From Selaginella moellendorffii (Eukaryota; Plantae; Lycopodiophyta), in assembly GCF_000143415.4 (NCBI RefSeq), contig NW_003314275.1, positions 62,001 to 126,000 of the forward strand: DNA of 64,000 nucleotides, read 5' to 3'. The notes beneath the pieces are model-generated. The model was not told the DNA's origin. It saw only the letters and a program-made list of their open reading frames with translations, and did not search any database. A program made the position numbers and the translations under genes. Positions 21,616 to 33,781 of this stretch are shown piece by piece; positions within the stretch are counted from its first letter, which is position 1, and every line of letters begins with the position of its first letter.

Positions 21616-23917
21616 ATGAGGAGCCGGAGCGATCCCGCCCACTGCACGCGCACCCTCCTCTCCCTCACATTCCTCGCGGTGCTCGTCTGCTCCGTCTACT
21701 ACACCCTCTTCCTCCGATCTCGCCTCCACTCCGTCCAGCAGGGCCAAGGCCACGGGGATTTGCCCAGGAGCTCCAGCAAGGTAGCAATCACCACCGGCAT
21801 TTCTACTGCCGCTGTCGATGAAGAAGAAGATGGCGTTGCCAGCCACTCGGAGGAGGTGGAGGAGGACGGCATCCACAGCCATAAGCTAGCGGAGGAAGAA
21901 CAGTCCGACGATGCGGTGGAGACCACGGCGGTGCAAAGTTTCCTGGTACGTACGGCAGTGCAAAGTCTAAGGTTTTCTTTTTAAGTCTCACGCTTCTTGA
22001 GCTCACATCTCCTACAATGCAGGTGTGTGACGAGAAGTTCACCGAGATAATCCCGTGTCTCGACCGGACAATGCTGACTTACTTGAAGAACAAACCAAAC
22101 TACACGCTCATGGAGCACTACGAGCGGCACTGCCCTCCTGCCGACAGGCGGATCAATTGCTTGGTGCCTCCTCCAGCCAACTACAAGGTAAGCGAGGAAT
22201 TCCGTGTTTTCTCTCGTGACGAGTGAGACTGTGTTTGTCGATCAGGTGCCGATAAAGTGGCCTGCAAGCCGAGATCAAGTGTGGCGTGCGAACGTGCCTC
22301 ACACATTTCTGGCATCCGAAAAGTCTGACCAGCACTGGATGGTGATCAAGGGAAACAAAGTCATCTTCCCAGGAGGAGGCACTCACTTCCACGATGGCGC
22401 TGATAAGTACATTGCCGGGCTTGGAAAGGTAGGCACACTCTTCATCTCCATTGTAGCGATGAACGTCTCGACGTCTCCCAGATGCTCAAGAATCCCGACG
22501 GAGACCTCAGCAGCAAAGGGAAGATCCGGACTGTGCTAGATGTCGGCTGTGGCGTTGCAAGCTTTGGTGCTTACCTTCTGCCGCTCGACATCCTTGCCAT
22601 GTCCATGGCCCCAAACGACGTGCACGAGAACCAGATCCAGTTTGCTCTGGAGCGAGGCATTCCATCGACGCTGGGTGTTCTCGGGACCATGAGGCTGCCC
22701 TTTCCGAGCAAAGCTTATGATCTGGCGCATTGCTCTCGGTGCCGTATCGAGTGGGCTCAGCGGGATGGCATTCTGCTGTTGGAAGTGGACAGGGTGCTGA
22801 GACCGGGGGGATACTTTGCGTGGTCGTCACCAGCGGCTTACCGAGACGACGACGAGGACAGAAAGGAATGGGACGAGATGACCAGCTTGACAAGCCGAAT
22901 GTGCTGGTCCATTGCTGCCAAGGAGGGCCAGACTGTGATCTGGATGAAGCCACTGACCAACGAATGTTACAAGGAGCGGCCGAGGAACACCAGGCCTCCT
23001 CTGTGCAGTCGACAAGATGATCCTGACGCAGCATGGCAAGTGAAGATGAAAGCTTGCCTTGTGCCACTGACCGAGCGTACGTATAAACACAGCTTCCCCT
23101 TGCCAGGTTTCTCACTCGTCCGCCACCTTGCTGGCTAAACAGAGAACGATGCCATTGGAGGCAGCGGATTGTTGCCGTGGCCCGAACGTCTGGTTGCACC
23201 TCCGCCGAGGCTGGAAGAGCTACACATTAGCGACAGGGATTTTGAGGCAGACACGGTATGGTCTTTGTCCAGATCTCGCTCGCTAGCTTGTTGACACGGT
23301 GATTGGAGTTTGCTTTGCTAGGCTGCATGGAAGGACAAGGTTGAGGCGTACTGGGAGAAGCTCGAGCTAGTGAAAGATTTCAGCGTTCGCAACGTTATGG
23401 ATATGAAAGCTCACCTGGGTGGCTTTGCGGCTGCGCTCAAGGACAAGCCGGTGTGGGTGATGAACGTAGTGCCTGCCAGCGGCCCAAGCACGCTCAAAGT
23501 CGTCTATGAGCGTGGACTCATCGGCTCATATCACGACTGGTAATCAGCTCGAGCGTTGCACCGGTGCACTAATGTGGGGTCTTTGATGCTAGGTGCGAGT
23601 CATTTTCTACGTACCCGCGTACCTACGACCTGCTGCATGCGTGGGACGTGCTCTCGGACGTAGACTCCCACGGCTGCAGCGTCGAGGATCTCCTCCTTGA
23701 GATGGACAGGCTGCTTCGTCCCATGGGATACGTTATCATCCGGGACTCGCCCGTGATGGTGGATCAGGTGAAAAAGTACCTTGGGCCCCTGCACTGGGAT
23801 GCTTGGGTCCAGGAGTTCCCCGCGGAGTCGGATATGATGCAGGACAACGAGGAGGCCGTGCTGCTGGTCCGAAAGCGCCTGTGGAAACCAGGCTCGGCTT
23901 TTGGGCAAGCGAGGTAG
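21616..23917 (+). CDS. Probable SAM-dependent (pectin) methyltransferase, PMT/Methyltransf_29 family, multi-exon
   Basis: Type-II TM anchor; IPCLDR, EHYERHCP, FPGGGTHF, VLDVGCGVASFG, HENQIQFALERG, HCSRC, RNVMDM, FSTYPRTYDLLHA. Confidence 0.93.
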
Positions 23918-24129
23918 CATAAGCCGTGCTATCCTTTTTTCAATCGTTTTGGCTCTGGTTAGCTTGTCCTTGGAAGCTTTTGCGCAAGCTGAGAAAGAAA
24001 ATGGCTGTGGAGATGACTTTTAAGTTGTTTCTCAGCTCTTTCTCATATCCAGTACTGAATTCACAGCATCAGTGAGGGAGAGGAGAACGCTGGAAATGCT
24101 CCTCAAGACTTCTACCTGGCATAGATCAG

Positions 24130-26280
24130 AGTGCCCATTTAATTGAAAAAATTAGGATTAATTAGTGAGAATTACTAATAATCATAGAGTTAAAGGAATA
24201 TTTTAATCCACGTGACACTAAGGCAATTTTGTAACAAAGATCTTGGTCATCCAAGATATTCCTCTGCGATTGGGTGCTCAAGATCTTTGTTACAAGACAA
24301 CAAATGAGGATTTGTAATCTGATTTTAAGAAATTTAGCTGATATAACAACAGAAAGGGTTAAATTAGGCCTCCCCTTTTCTAAAGCATTTAAAAGTGTTT
24401 AACAACACTTAATAATATTCTAAAGAGTGTTTTTTAGAGAAATCTCATAGTCTACCAGTAGTAATACAGTGGCTTTGTGTGTTCCATGGCCAGTTAGTGG
24501 CAACATAGTGGCCCTAGGATTGTGATTTTGAATTTTAGAGTGTTTTTGAGGAGTTAAATTTTCAGAGTGTTCTTGAGAAGATTGAGAGAGTTTGAGGGAT
24601 AATTTTGGAGCAAAAGAGAGTGCTTCACAGCCTGCTAGCAGCAATGCAATGGTCTTGAGCAAATCTAAGTAATAAAAGAGTGTGCTTAGTCTCTTTCCTA
24701 AGGATGTGTAACAGTGGGGGAATTGGGGGTAATGGTTTAAAGCCTCCATCCTACTAGTTTTAAAGTGGCTTATGACTCACCAATGGAAACACAGTAGCTT
24801 TAAACTGTTTGCATCATCCTCTCTCACGTAAGATTCCTCGGCCTCTCCCGCGTCTTCCGGCCCCACTGCCCTCTGACTGAATATGGTTCTAATTGACTGT
24901 GGTTCTATGCAGCACAATAAGGAATCAAGGCTTCTAGCTCAATTGTTGGTCTTTCCAGCTAACAAGTGAATTGAGTAGCCTTGGATTTGTTTGACCTCCC
25001 TTACTATAGCCACTTTTGTGTTTTTTGGAGGGACTTGCCCAGGTGGGCTACATGATAGATTTGGGATATTGTGTGAACACGTGAGTGAATGGGTGAGTTC
25101 AATTATTCAACACACTTAAGTTATCAGAGGAGATGAGTTGACATCCTACACATAAGATGTAGAGGGGGTTTAATAGGAGCTTTTTGGGAAAAAAAACGGA
25201 TAAATGGAAGTAGATTATATAGGCTTTTGGGATTTTAATAGAGGGTTGATTGTTGAGGAGATAAGTGGATGGAGAAGCATTAATAATTGTAGAGACTACA
25301 AATTATAAAGAAATCATAAAGATCTTTATATATACCTCAAGAGTAGAGGGATATAAGAAGTCAAAGGTAGCAATGAATAAGTGAAAAGTTGAGAGAAAAT
25401 CTCAAGTGGTCAAATTTGAGATGAAGTAGTTGTAGGAAAAGGAAAATAATTTCCTTAGATGCAAAAATTCTTAAGATGCAGAGTGAGAAGGAATTTATAA
25501 GTCCAGCAAAAGAAAATAGCTAGAGGAAGTCAAGTGAAGCCAAAATGGCTAGTAAAGAATTTATGTGAAGAATGTTGCAAGGATAAAAGTTGCAACATTC
25601 TAGCTAAGAGAAGTTGTAGAAGCTGATACAGAGATAATCAACTTCTAAGACAAAAGATTCCATATCTATTAGTTGAAGTGGAATTTACAAATTGAGTATG
25701 ATTTTGGTAAAGATGCATTTGACATTGCATCCTAATTGGTGGTAAGGTGGTACAATTGTACCATTCAGGCAAGGATAAAAGATCCACTAGGATATTCCTT
25801 TACATTAGATCTTTGCTATGAGACAAAGCATGAATGAGGATTTGTAATCCAATTTTAGGAGATTTTGCTGGGAGTAGGAGATATGAGGAACAAGAAGGAT
25901 TAACTTGTGCCTCCTCTTTTCTGAAACATTTAAAGTGTTTAGCAATGTTTAGTAGTGTTTAACAGTGTTTTTATAAAACTTAGAATGGAAGTGTTTTTCA
26001 GAGAGATTTCACAAGAGGTGAGATTTCTTGTGAGGAATCCACTCTTTGTCAAAGGAGAATGAACCAGATAGCCTAAGGGCAAGAAGAGAAAATTCTTTCA
26101 CTACCAGCCCTGAGAGCAAGTGGGAAGAAGAAGACCAAATGGCAAGATTTCCAATCTTCACCACCCAAGTGTAGGAACCAATTCCTGCCACTTCATTATT
26201 TGCTAATATGCTTAGCTTGTAATGCTTCTCAAAAGAAGTTCTTTGACAGTCACAACCTCACTTTATTTTAACCACCTTTT
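24130..26280. repeat. AT-rich non-coding block with a diverged internal direct repeat (~24250-24445 vs ~25785-26010); probable decayed transposon
   Basis: Shared blocks gatattcct...agatctttg...aatgaggatttgtaatc...cctcc...catttaaagtgttt occur in both copies; no credible ORF; boundaries approximate. Confidence 0.45.
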
Positions 26281-26311
26281 TATAAAAAACTGTCACGTGC
26301 CCGGGAGTGGA

Positions 26312-27568
26312 CTACCAATCTGGAGGAAGTGCTACGTTTTGCCATCCCGCAATCTTGCATACTTTGTCCACGAGCTCTGGCCCTGCAGCTTCTATCGTGC
26401 AATTGGAGTAGCAGCTCTCGGGACGAAAGACTTGGTGTGGATTTCTGGCCTCCCACTGCGCTCCACCTAGAAAGACATCCCCGCTTGAGCAGACGCAGCC
26501 ACACTCAGCTTCGTTTTTGTCGAGAGCCTGCAAAGAAACTGTTGTAAACGCTGTGAATTCCTTGCGGTAAATGCTTGCCTTCTCTGTGTAGTACTCAAAT
26601 ACTTTTTTCTTTGATCCTGCTTGGTATACATTGCCCTGCGAGCATATCTACAGACAGAGAGACACGTCAAAGGAAAGGATGAAAAAGAAGCAAGCTTGGA
26701 AGTACCTGAGACTCAACGCTAGCGCACACAGCGTAGATACCCCAGTTCCTCGTGTAATTGTTGTAAAGGTGGACTTTGGCGAACCTTACCCGGGGATGCC
26801 TCTGCCTTGTGCCGTCAAAGAAGCAATGGTGGATCGTGATTCGCATGTTTCGATCTTCTATGTGCTTTGCGTCGGCGCTGATGAGCATCGTCTTGTCGTG
26901 GTGGTGGAAGTGGCACCTGGAACGAGAGACAAGTGAGAGAACTCTTCAGTCAAACTGTGTACCTGGAGACCGTGATGTCGGTGCTCTGCCTTGTGATGTC
27001 AATCAGCCCATCGTCGTAGTCGGAGAGCGAGCATCGATCGATCCACACCTTCTCGGTGTTTGGCTTGATCTGGATTCCATCCACATCGTGGCCGCGGCCC
27101 CCCTGGAACTCCAAGTTACAGATGATGATGTGCTCGCATTTCTTGAGCTGGATGCCGTGCCCGGTGATCTTGATCCTCTGGCCTCGGCCATCGAGAGTCT
27201 TGCGCGACGCTACGCGGATCGCCGACGACACCGAAATATTTCCAGACAGATCAAACACGATCCAGAGCGGCTGTTCTTGGCGGCAGCCATAGCGGAGGCT
27301 CCCAGGCCCATCGTCTTGGAGAGAAATAAAGACCTTAGCTCATAATTGCTGCCTAGAACACAGGATCCTCACCGGCAAGGGTCGTGACATGGTAGACCGC
27401 TCCTTCCAGACCGCCGATGGATGCGCTCCCAAATCCCTGCGCGGCCCTAGCGAGCGCTCGCAGCCTGGAATCCACATTCGCGTAGGGACCAGGCACCGAT
27501 GGAGCTGGATCGGGCGTGCCGTGATGGATTTCGATTCCCGGGCAGCAGCATTTGCGCAGCCGATTCAT
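26312..27568 (-). CDS. Pectate lyase-like protein (PL1, no signal peptide), multi-exon
   Basis: GFGSASIGG, DDGPGSLR, WIVFDLSG, KTLDGRGQ, VDGIQIK, VWIDRCSL, DGLIDI, RQRHPRVRF, HLYNNY. Confidence 0.92.
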
Positions 27569-28639
27569 CTGGGAAGAACACCCAAAGGGTAAAGTAAAGG
27601 GGGTTTAAAAGGCAGATACCTCGATAGAGGTGGCGGAATGGTGGGCGGACAAAGAGGCAAGGTGATCGATGTGAGGGAAGTTTGCGATGCGTTCTATACA
27701 ACGTGTGCTCGAGGCACTCGAGTTCGTCCGGCTGTTCCATTTGAACGGGACTTCGGGCAAGACCGTGGTACTCCATTATCCGGACTGAAATTGAACGGCC
27801 GCAGTCGCTCATTCTCTACCAGACAGGATGGGAGTTTTGTGGCAGGGCTCTTCGGCTGGTGCCAAAGATGGAGTATCCTCTCCACAAGATCGAATCACCG
27901 GAAGTTACCTTCCATCTGATCGATCAAAAGATCTCTCCTGAGGGACCATTGGCAAGCGAGCTTGCCTTGGCGGACGAGGACAACACCAAAGCCCAATACC
28001 AAGCTCAAGAATGTGTCTGTCATCCTATTCTGCTGGTAAAGGAAACGTCTTGTACGTGACGCCCGGCAGCCATTTCATGCGTTTCCACTGCACATTTTGC
28101 TCAGAGAAGGTGGCAAATCTTTACGCTGGGTATTTTGTGTAGAATTCTTCCGTCTTATCCCGACTTCGTCTCTGAAGGTTTCTCAAAAAGCTGTCAAAGG
28201 TGCGCGATTTCATATGAGCAATTGACACTTTCTCTCTTTACCAGGGATTGTGCAGTGTAAGGTCTGCCAGTATCTGGTTCAAGTCCCCACGACATGGATA
28301 TTGCTTCTCTAGATCCGAACTTCGAAGCTTGCCCAGAGGATACTGTCAAACAACCGGAGAAGTCACTCGACCATGCTGATTTTGAAGAGTGGGGCAAACA
28401 TTATCTAGACATGTGTTCATTCCTGTTCTTGGCAATTCCAGCTGCTAGCCATCCCAATATGTAGGGGCGGGATGGGACACTAACAAAGCACCCACGGTGA
28501 TGAGGACTTCGTGTAGAAGTTGCAAGGCCTTTGTGTATGAGATGGAGGCAGAGTTATCTCAATGCCACGAAGGACGAGCTCACAGATCTTCTCTATGCAA
28601 ATTGATAAACACACCTAAACACTCTCAAAAGTGATCAAT

Positions 28640-29390
28640 TTCTCTAGTCCTCAAGGGTGGTTTGGAGGCTACGTCACAGTAAAATTTTGTAGCAAGTGGC
28701 ATGGAGCAATCATCCAGACAATCATATGAATGCATTGATAAGTTTTTGATAGGAAAAGGATTTACTAAGCTTGCTTCAAATGGTATATCTATATGCGAGA
28801 AGAAGGTGACCAAGATTGTGTCATTGCTATCTATGTTGATGATTGTCTTTTGGCTGGAAACTCTTCGGAGTTTCTGGAAAAGACCAAGGATTTATCTTGG
28901 TCAAGTGACAAAACTTTTGGGAATGGAAATTAAGAAGGATGCATATACTGGTTTTATAGTTGTAACTCAACATAGCTATATTCAAAAGTTGTTGCATTAA
29001 TATGGTTTATAGAATTGAAAACCAACGCCAACTCCCCTTTGCTGCAACTAATGGACCTATACTACAATTATCAAAGTTTGGTCGGCAATTTATTATATGC
29101 TGCTACTGATATCTCATTTGTAGTTGGAATTTAATTCGGTACATCATTGCACCAACTCACATCCACTTACAAGCTGCAAAGAGAGTTTCATGGGTGCACA
29201 AAACAAAATACATTGAGATTCAATGTCACTCCATTCGTGGACAGATTGAAAAGTGGGAAGTGCACTATGTTCCCACCAAGCCGTAGACAGTTGACATTTT
29301 CACTGAGGCCCTTGGTAAAAGTCAGTTTATCTTTCTTCAGACTCCTGCTAGGAGCTGAACAGAGGAGTTTGGGACTCAGAGCGTTTTAGC
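28640..29390 (+). mobile_element. Degenerate Ty1/Copia RT-RNaseH remnant
   Basis: Frameshifted YVDDCLL, LLGMEIKK, YQSLVGNLLY, TKxIEIQCHSIR and VDIFTEALG motifs with stops. Confidence 0.8.
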
Positions 29391-29779
29391 TTATATATAT
29401 AAGGTAGGATCTTCTAAAACAACATATGGTTTCTTCTATTCCTTTTCCCTGAGGACGGTGTCAAAGCTCTCGTGGAGTCATGCGAAACAGAGGCAGACAG
29501 GTAAGTTGAGCAAGTGATGGAGAGAACCCAGCGCTACTTTACTTGGGGTGCTGGGTAACTTCTGTTAGTTTCAAAATGCCATGATTATGATAAACTAAAG
29601 CAACAACAGAATTCCAGCTTGCAATTTGTAGTGAGCCCGAGAAGATTGCTTCGCTACCATGGCAAAGAGCGGTAAGTCGATCATGGTAGAGAACTCAATA
29701 GGTTCTACTAGTACAGATATGCATGCTACTCATCGAATGCTACTGGTTTCTCCTCCAGGCTCTACACGCAAAACAGGAA

Positions 29780-29997
29780 AAGCCATAGGCAAAAACTGGA
29801 GAAGAAGAAAACAATGTGTGTATTGTTTGGTGATAAACGTATGCCAAATGGATCACTCGAGAAGTATGGCCCCGGAGCTCGGCAATCCTGATCATGGACG
29901 GATATACACAGCTGGTTGAGGCTGTAGCCATGGCTGTTGAGAATCTTCTTTTGATGCTGGCTCCACTGTAGAGCACACACCTGCGTGAACATGTCAA
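29780..29997 (-). pseudogene. CDC20/Fizzy WD40 C-terminal gene fragment
   Basis: QVCALQWSQHQKKILNSHGYSLNQLC (frameshift) YPSMIRIAELRGHTSRVIHLA matches the CDC20 C-terminal WD repeats; the rest of the gene is absent. Confidence 0.8.
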
Positions 29998-30462
29998 GAG
30001 CTTAGCAAAGGAAAGATCGAGAGGAGCAAAGAAGACAGTGGAGAAGAAGAGATGATCACCTAGATGTTATTGAGACACTTCTTACAGTTTGGTTAAAGTG
30101 AAACATAACAATTGCTTAATTTTGATATTATTCCAACTTAATTTTCAATATAAACAACCAGTGTGTTGAACTACAACGATATATTTCAACAAAGATAGGA
30201 ATATCTAACTACAAACTCAACTCATTGAATGTGTGTATGTTTGAGCATTTGCTAGTAAAACAATAGCATAGGAGGGGTGGGTCGGTAGAATATAGTTTAT
30301 GGAAACTTTAGGTTGATGTTACGAATTTACATGGATGCATGCACAGATCAAAGAGAAAACAAAGGGCATATGCAAGGGAATAAGGGGCTCTTTACCAGAC
30401 TGCAACATAGGAAACGTGTAAGAATATTTGAAACCGAACAAAGCACAGGCTTAGCCAAAGGT

Positions 30463-30625
30463 CTTCATCTCTGTCTTCTCCCAGATGCTCAAGAATCCCG
30501 ACGAAGACCTCAGCAGCGACGAGAAGATCCGGACTGTGGTGTTGCAATTGCGCTCGAACCGGACCTTCCAGACCGCCGATGGATGCGCTCACATGTCCAG
30601 CCCAAACGACGTGCACGAGAACCAG
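30463..30625 (+). repeat. Mosaic of local gene fragments (PMT exon plus pectate lyase exon)
   Basis: 30477-30547 copies 22474-22560 with a deletion; 30564-30590 is identical to 27402-27428; 30592-30625 copies ~22598-22633. Confidence 0.85.
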
Positions 30626-30653
30626 TTTGAGCAAAACTAGACCCTAGATTGAG

Positions 30654-31586
30654 ATGGCGAGCACGGCGATGACGATGCCGCCGCGGTGCGCCATTGTGAC
30701 GGGCGTCGCTCGCCGGCGTGGCATCGGGAGGAGCATCGTCGACTGCTTCCTCAACGAGGTGGGGAATCGCTCGATGGGTAACACTCAGGGTAATCACATA
30801 ACAGGGCTACTGCGTTGTTGGAAGTGACATCCAAGCGCTGGAAGAACAAGGGAGCTGCGTCACCAACAGCAGGTTTCACTTTGTTCGAGCCGATGTGAGC
30901 GACGCAGCGCAAGCCAAATCGATTGTCCAGGCCAGCTTGGAGCGATTTGGACACCACATTCACGTCCTCGTCAACAACGCAGGCAAGAGAGCGAGAGCGA
31001 GACTCTGATTATGAGTGTCATGGGATTTTGTTTGCTTGATCACACACAGCCTTGACTCGTGGAGAGGAAGGACAAGATGCCATTCAAGCTTTCGACGCCA
31101 TGCTCCGTGTCAACCTGAACGGCCCCTTCTACCTCTCGCACTACGCCATCCCACACATGCCCCGCGGCTGCTCCAGCATCATTCATGTGTCGAGCACCCG
31201 AGCCCTCCAGAGCGAGGCTGACACTGCCGGCTACACCGCCTCCAAGGCTGGCCTCTGTGGATTGACGCACTCGCAGGCAAGCTCCTCGGCCACTTTCTTC
31301 TCATTCACAAGTGAAGTGTATGTCTTCACAGGCTATAACTTATGCGGGACACGCCCGAGTGAATGCCATCCTCCCCGGGTGGATCAACACCAGCGACGAG
31401 CACGAGCACGAGGTGGCGATCCGCGAGGTAGACAAGAAGTGGCATCCCGTGGGCCGCGTCGGCGAACCCGTGGATGTGGCGCAGCTTTGCCTGTTCTTGT
31501 GTGACGAGAGCAAGTCGGGCTTCATCACGGGCCAGCAGTTTGTGGTGGACGGGGGCACCACCGTCAAGATGGTCTACCCGAGCTGA
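30654..31586 (+). CDS. Classical short-chain dehydrogenase/reductase, 4 exons (two GC-AG introns)
   Basis: AIVTGVARRRGIG, ADVSD, LVNNA, VNLNG, SSTRALQSE, YTASK (YxxxK), VNAILPGWI, HPVGRVG, FITGQQFVVDGG. Confidence 0.88.
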
Positions 31587-32349
31587 GAATGTTCACACCA
31601 CTTTGTTTACTTTTTCCATCTCAAGGGATCACTGGTCGACGAACAGTGGCCGAACAAACTGCCATCACAGCCCACACACTAGGAGATTACTGTGCGCCAC
31701 GATATCATGTTATGAAAGTGACCACTAGGGCAGAAAAGTCTGTACAGTCCGTGAGTGATTCTACTCTGGGCCAGTTTCAGCAGCAGATGTTGTTCCAAAG
31801 TATGATGGGGATGGCTTTCCACAACAGATTCCTCTGTGTTGACATAGTGACTTAACTTGGAAAGCCTGGAAGAACTCGGAGGTTGCCCAGTGCGATGTTC
31901 TTGAGCTCAGGCGGAAGTTTGTGCCTACCTTTGTCGCAGAAGTGGACTTGGCTAGCACGCTGTCGTGCGGTCTCACGCACAGGAAATAGCAATTGGGAGA
32001 CGTCTCCCAGTTGGGAATCCCTGGCATAGTCGTCTTGACATGCAGAGACGGCCAGGCCTTGTCCACCACTTGAACAAACTCGGACCACACGCAAGGCTCA
32101 CGTCTCGTCTTACAGATGTTCTGCAGAGAAATATCCCCGTGGTGCTTGCAGCACCTCAGACACTTGGTTGCTTATGTCGTAGACTTGCGAGTGTGTTATC
32201 GGCCTGGAGGCCTTTCCAACGGATCCTCCAGCCTCCACGATCACCTGAAAGAGCATCGTAGAGCATGTCCCTCTCAGTCTGAAACCACCTCTCCCAAGCC
32301 CAGTCCTGTTCTAATCTCTCCAATGCCTCCTGCTGGTGGCAGTCGCCAA

Positions 32350-32500
32350 CATCCGGCTGGATCAACACCACCGACAAGCACGAGCACGAGCACAAGGTGG
32401 TGATCACGCATCCCGTGGGCCGCGTGTATGACGGGCTTCATCACGGGCACGACTGTCAACCCGAGCTGAGAATATTCACATGCTCGTCTCACTTTGTTTT
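32350..32500 (+). pseudogene. Scrambled partial duplicate of the SDR last exon and 3' UTR
   Basis: Blocks tggatcaacacca, gcacgagcacgag, catcccgtgggccgcgt, gggcttcatcacggg and acccgagctgagaat are collinear with 31380-31610, with deletions. Confidence 0.8.
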
Positions 32501-32948
32501 CTTTTCTGTCTCTAGACTGTCCAAGGGATACACCCGTCGACGACCACGACGTGAATATTCTCTTCCCACTGTGCTTTCCTTTTTCCTGGCCTGGGCTTTC
32601 ATCCTCTATACTATAACTTACTAGGAGCAAGGACTGTCTCTAGCTAACTTGGGCTCTCCTCACCCCATAGCTTCCAGTCACTCGAACCCAAGAGAGATCA
32701 GGAGGCAAGTGGCAGTGGCATATGTGGAGATCGTGCATGGGGCTCCCAAGTCTGGGTGAGAGCTAGCTAGTTACATTGCTCATGAAATCTCTCCTCATTC
32801 CAGATTTCTTTGTGTGCTAGGATGGCTTGCTCCCTCGTACCAAGCAACCGGCCGCAATTGGAGGAGCTGAGGAGAAGGCTAGGGAAGAAGAAGAGGGTTG
32901 GTTCCTTCCTCCTCAACTTGCGGAGAGGAGAGGGATCCAGCAGCCAAC

Positions 32949-33605
32949 ATGGAGCTCGAGGTGAGCGGCAGTACTAGCAGCGCGAGGAAGAGGCGCAGCA
33001 CACGGTTGAGGAAGGCGGCAGACGAGCAAGGCGAGGAGCAAGGAGGAGGAGGCGCGCTGAGCGTACGAATGCCCGTCTATCTCAATGTCTACGATCTCTC
33101 GCCCATCAATGGCTACATGTACTGGGTCGGCCTCGGGATGTTCCACTCGGGCATTGAAGGTAAGCAAAGGATTGATTGGGTTGAGGGGTGCCGATAGATT
33201 CGTGTGTCATCCCCCGCAGTTCACGGAGTGGAGTACTCGTTCGGTGCCCACGACTTCTCCAGCAGCGGCGTGTTTGAGGTGATCCCGCGCAGCTGCCCGG
33301 GCTACACGTTTCGAAAGGCCATGGTGCTGGGCAGCACCGAGCTGAGCGCTGGCGACGTTCGCGAGCTGATCGAGAGGATGTCCATCGCCTACACGGGCGA
33401 CTCGTACCATCTCATCTTGCGTAACTGCAACCACTTCACCAACGAGGTGAGCCTGCGCTTGACGGGCTGCGCCATCCCCGGCTGGGTCAATCGCCTCGCA
33501 AACATTGGCATGTGCTCCTTCGGCTCCTGCATCATGTGCTACAGGCTCCGCGTCCACCACCAAAACTCCTCCCCGCCGCCCATGCTAGCTCTCAAGGATT
33601 GCTGA
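32949..33605 (+). CDS. DeSI/PPPDE peptidase C97 family protein, 2 exons
   Basis: VYLNVYDL, FHSGIE/VHGVEYSFGAH, YHLILRNCNHF, IPGWVNRLA. Confidence 0.92.
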
Positions 33606-33781
33606 TCCAGAGAAAGCCCACTTGGCCAAGTGTATAAGATCCATCCACGCTTGTCTCTTTGATCTGGATCGCCGCCTGCCTTCACAGACAAAGGAGAGAC
33701 AACACTCCAAAGAGCGCCTTCCTTGCGGGATGGCCGACGACAAGCTCTACAAACTACTGTTGTTTAGCCAGGCCGGAGTCG

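Noticed and set aside
27700-28560. Exon-like open stretches upstream of pectate lyase
   Set aside because: No family recognised and stops are present; cannot support a call.
31750-32340. Minus-strand ORF fragments between the SDR and DeSI genes
   Set aside because: No motif recognised; probably lineage-specific repeat or pseudogene debris.
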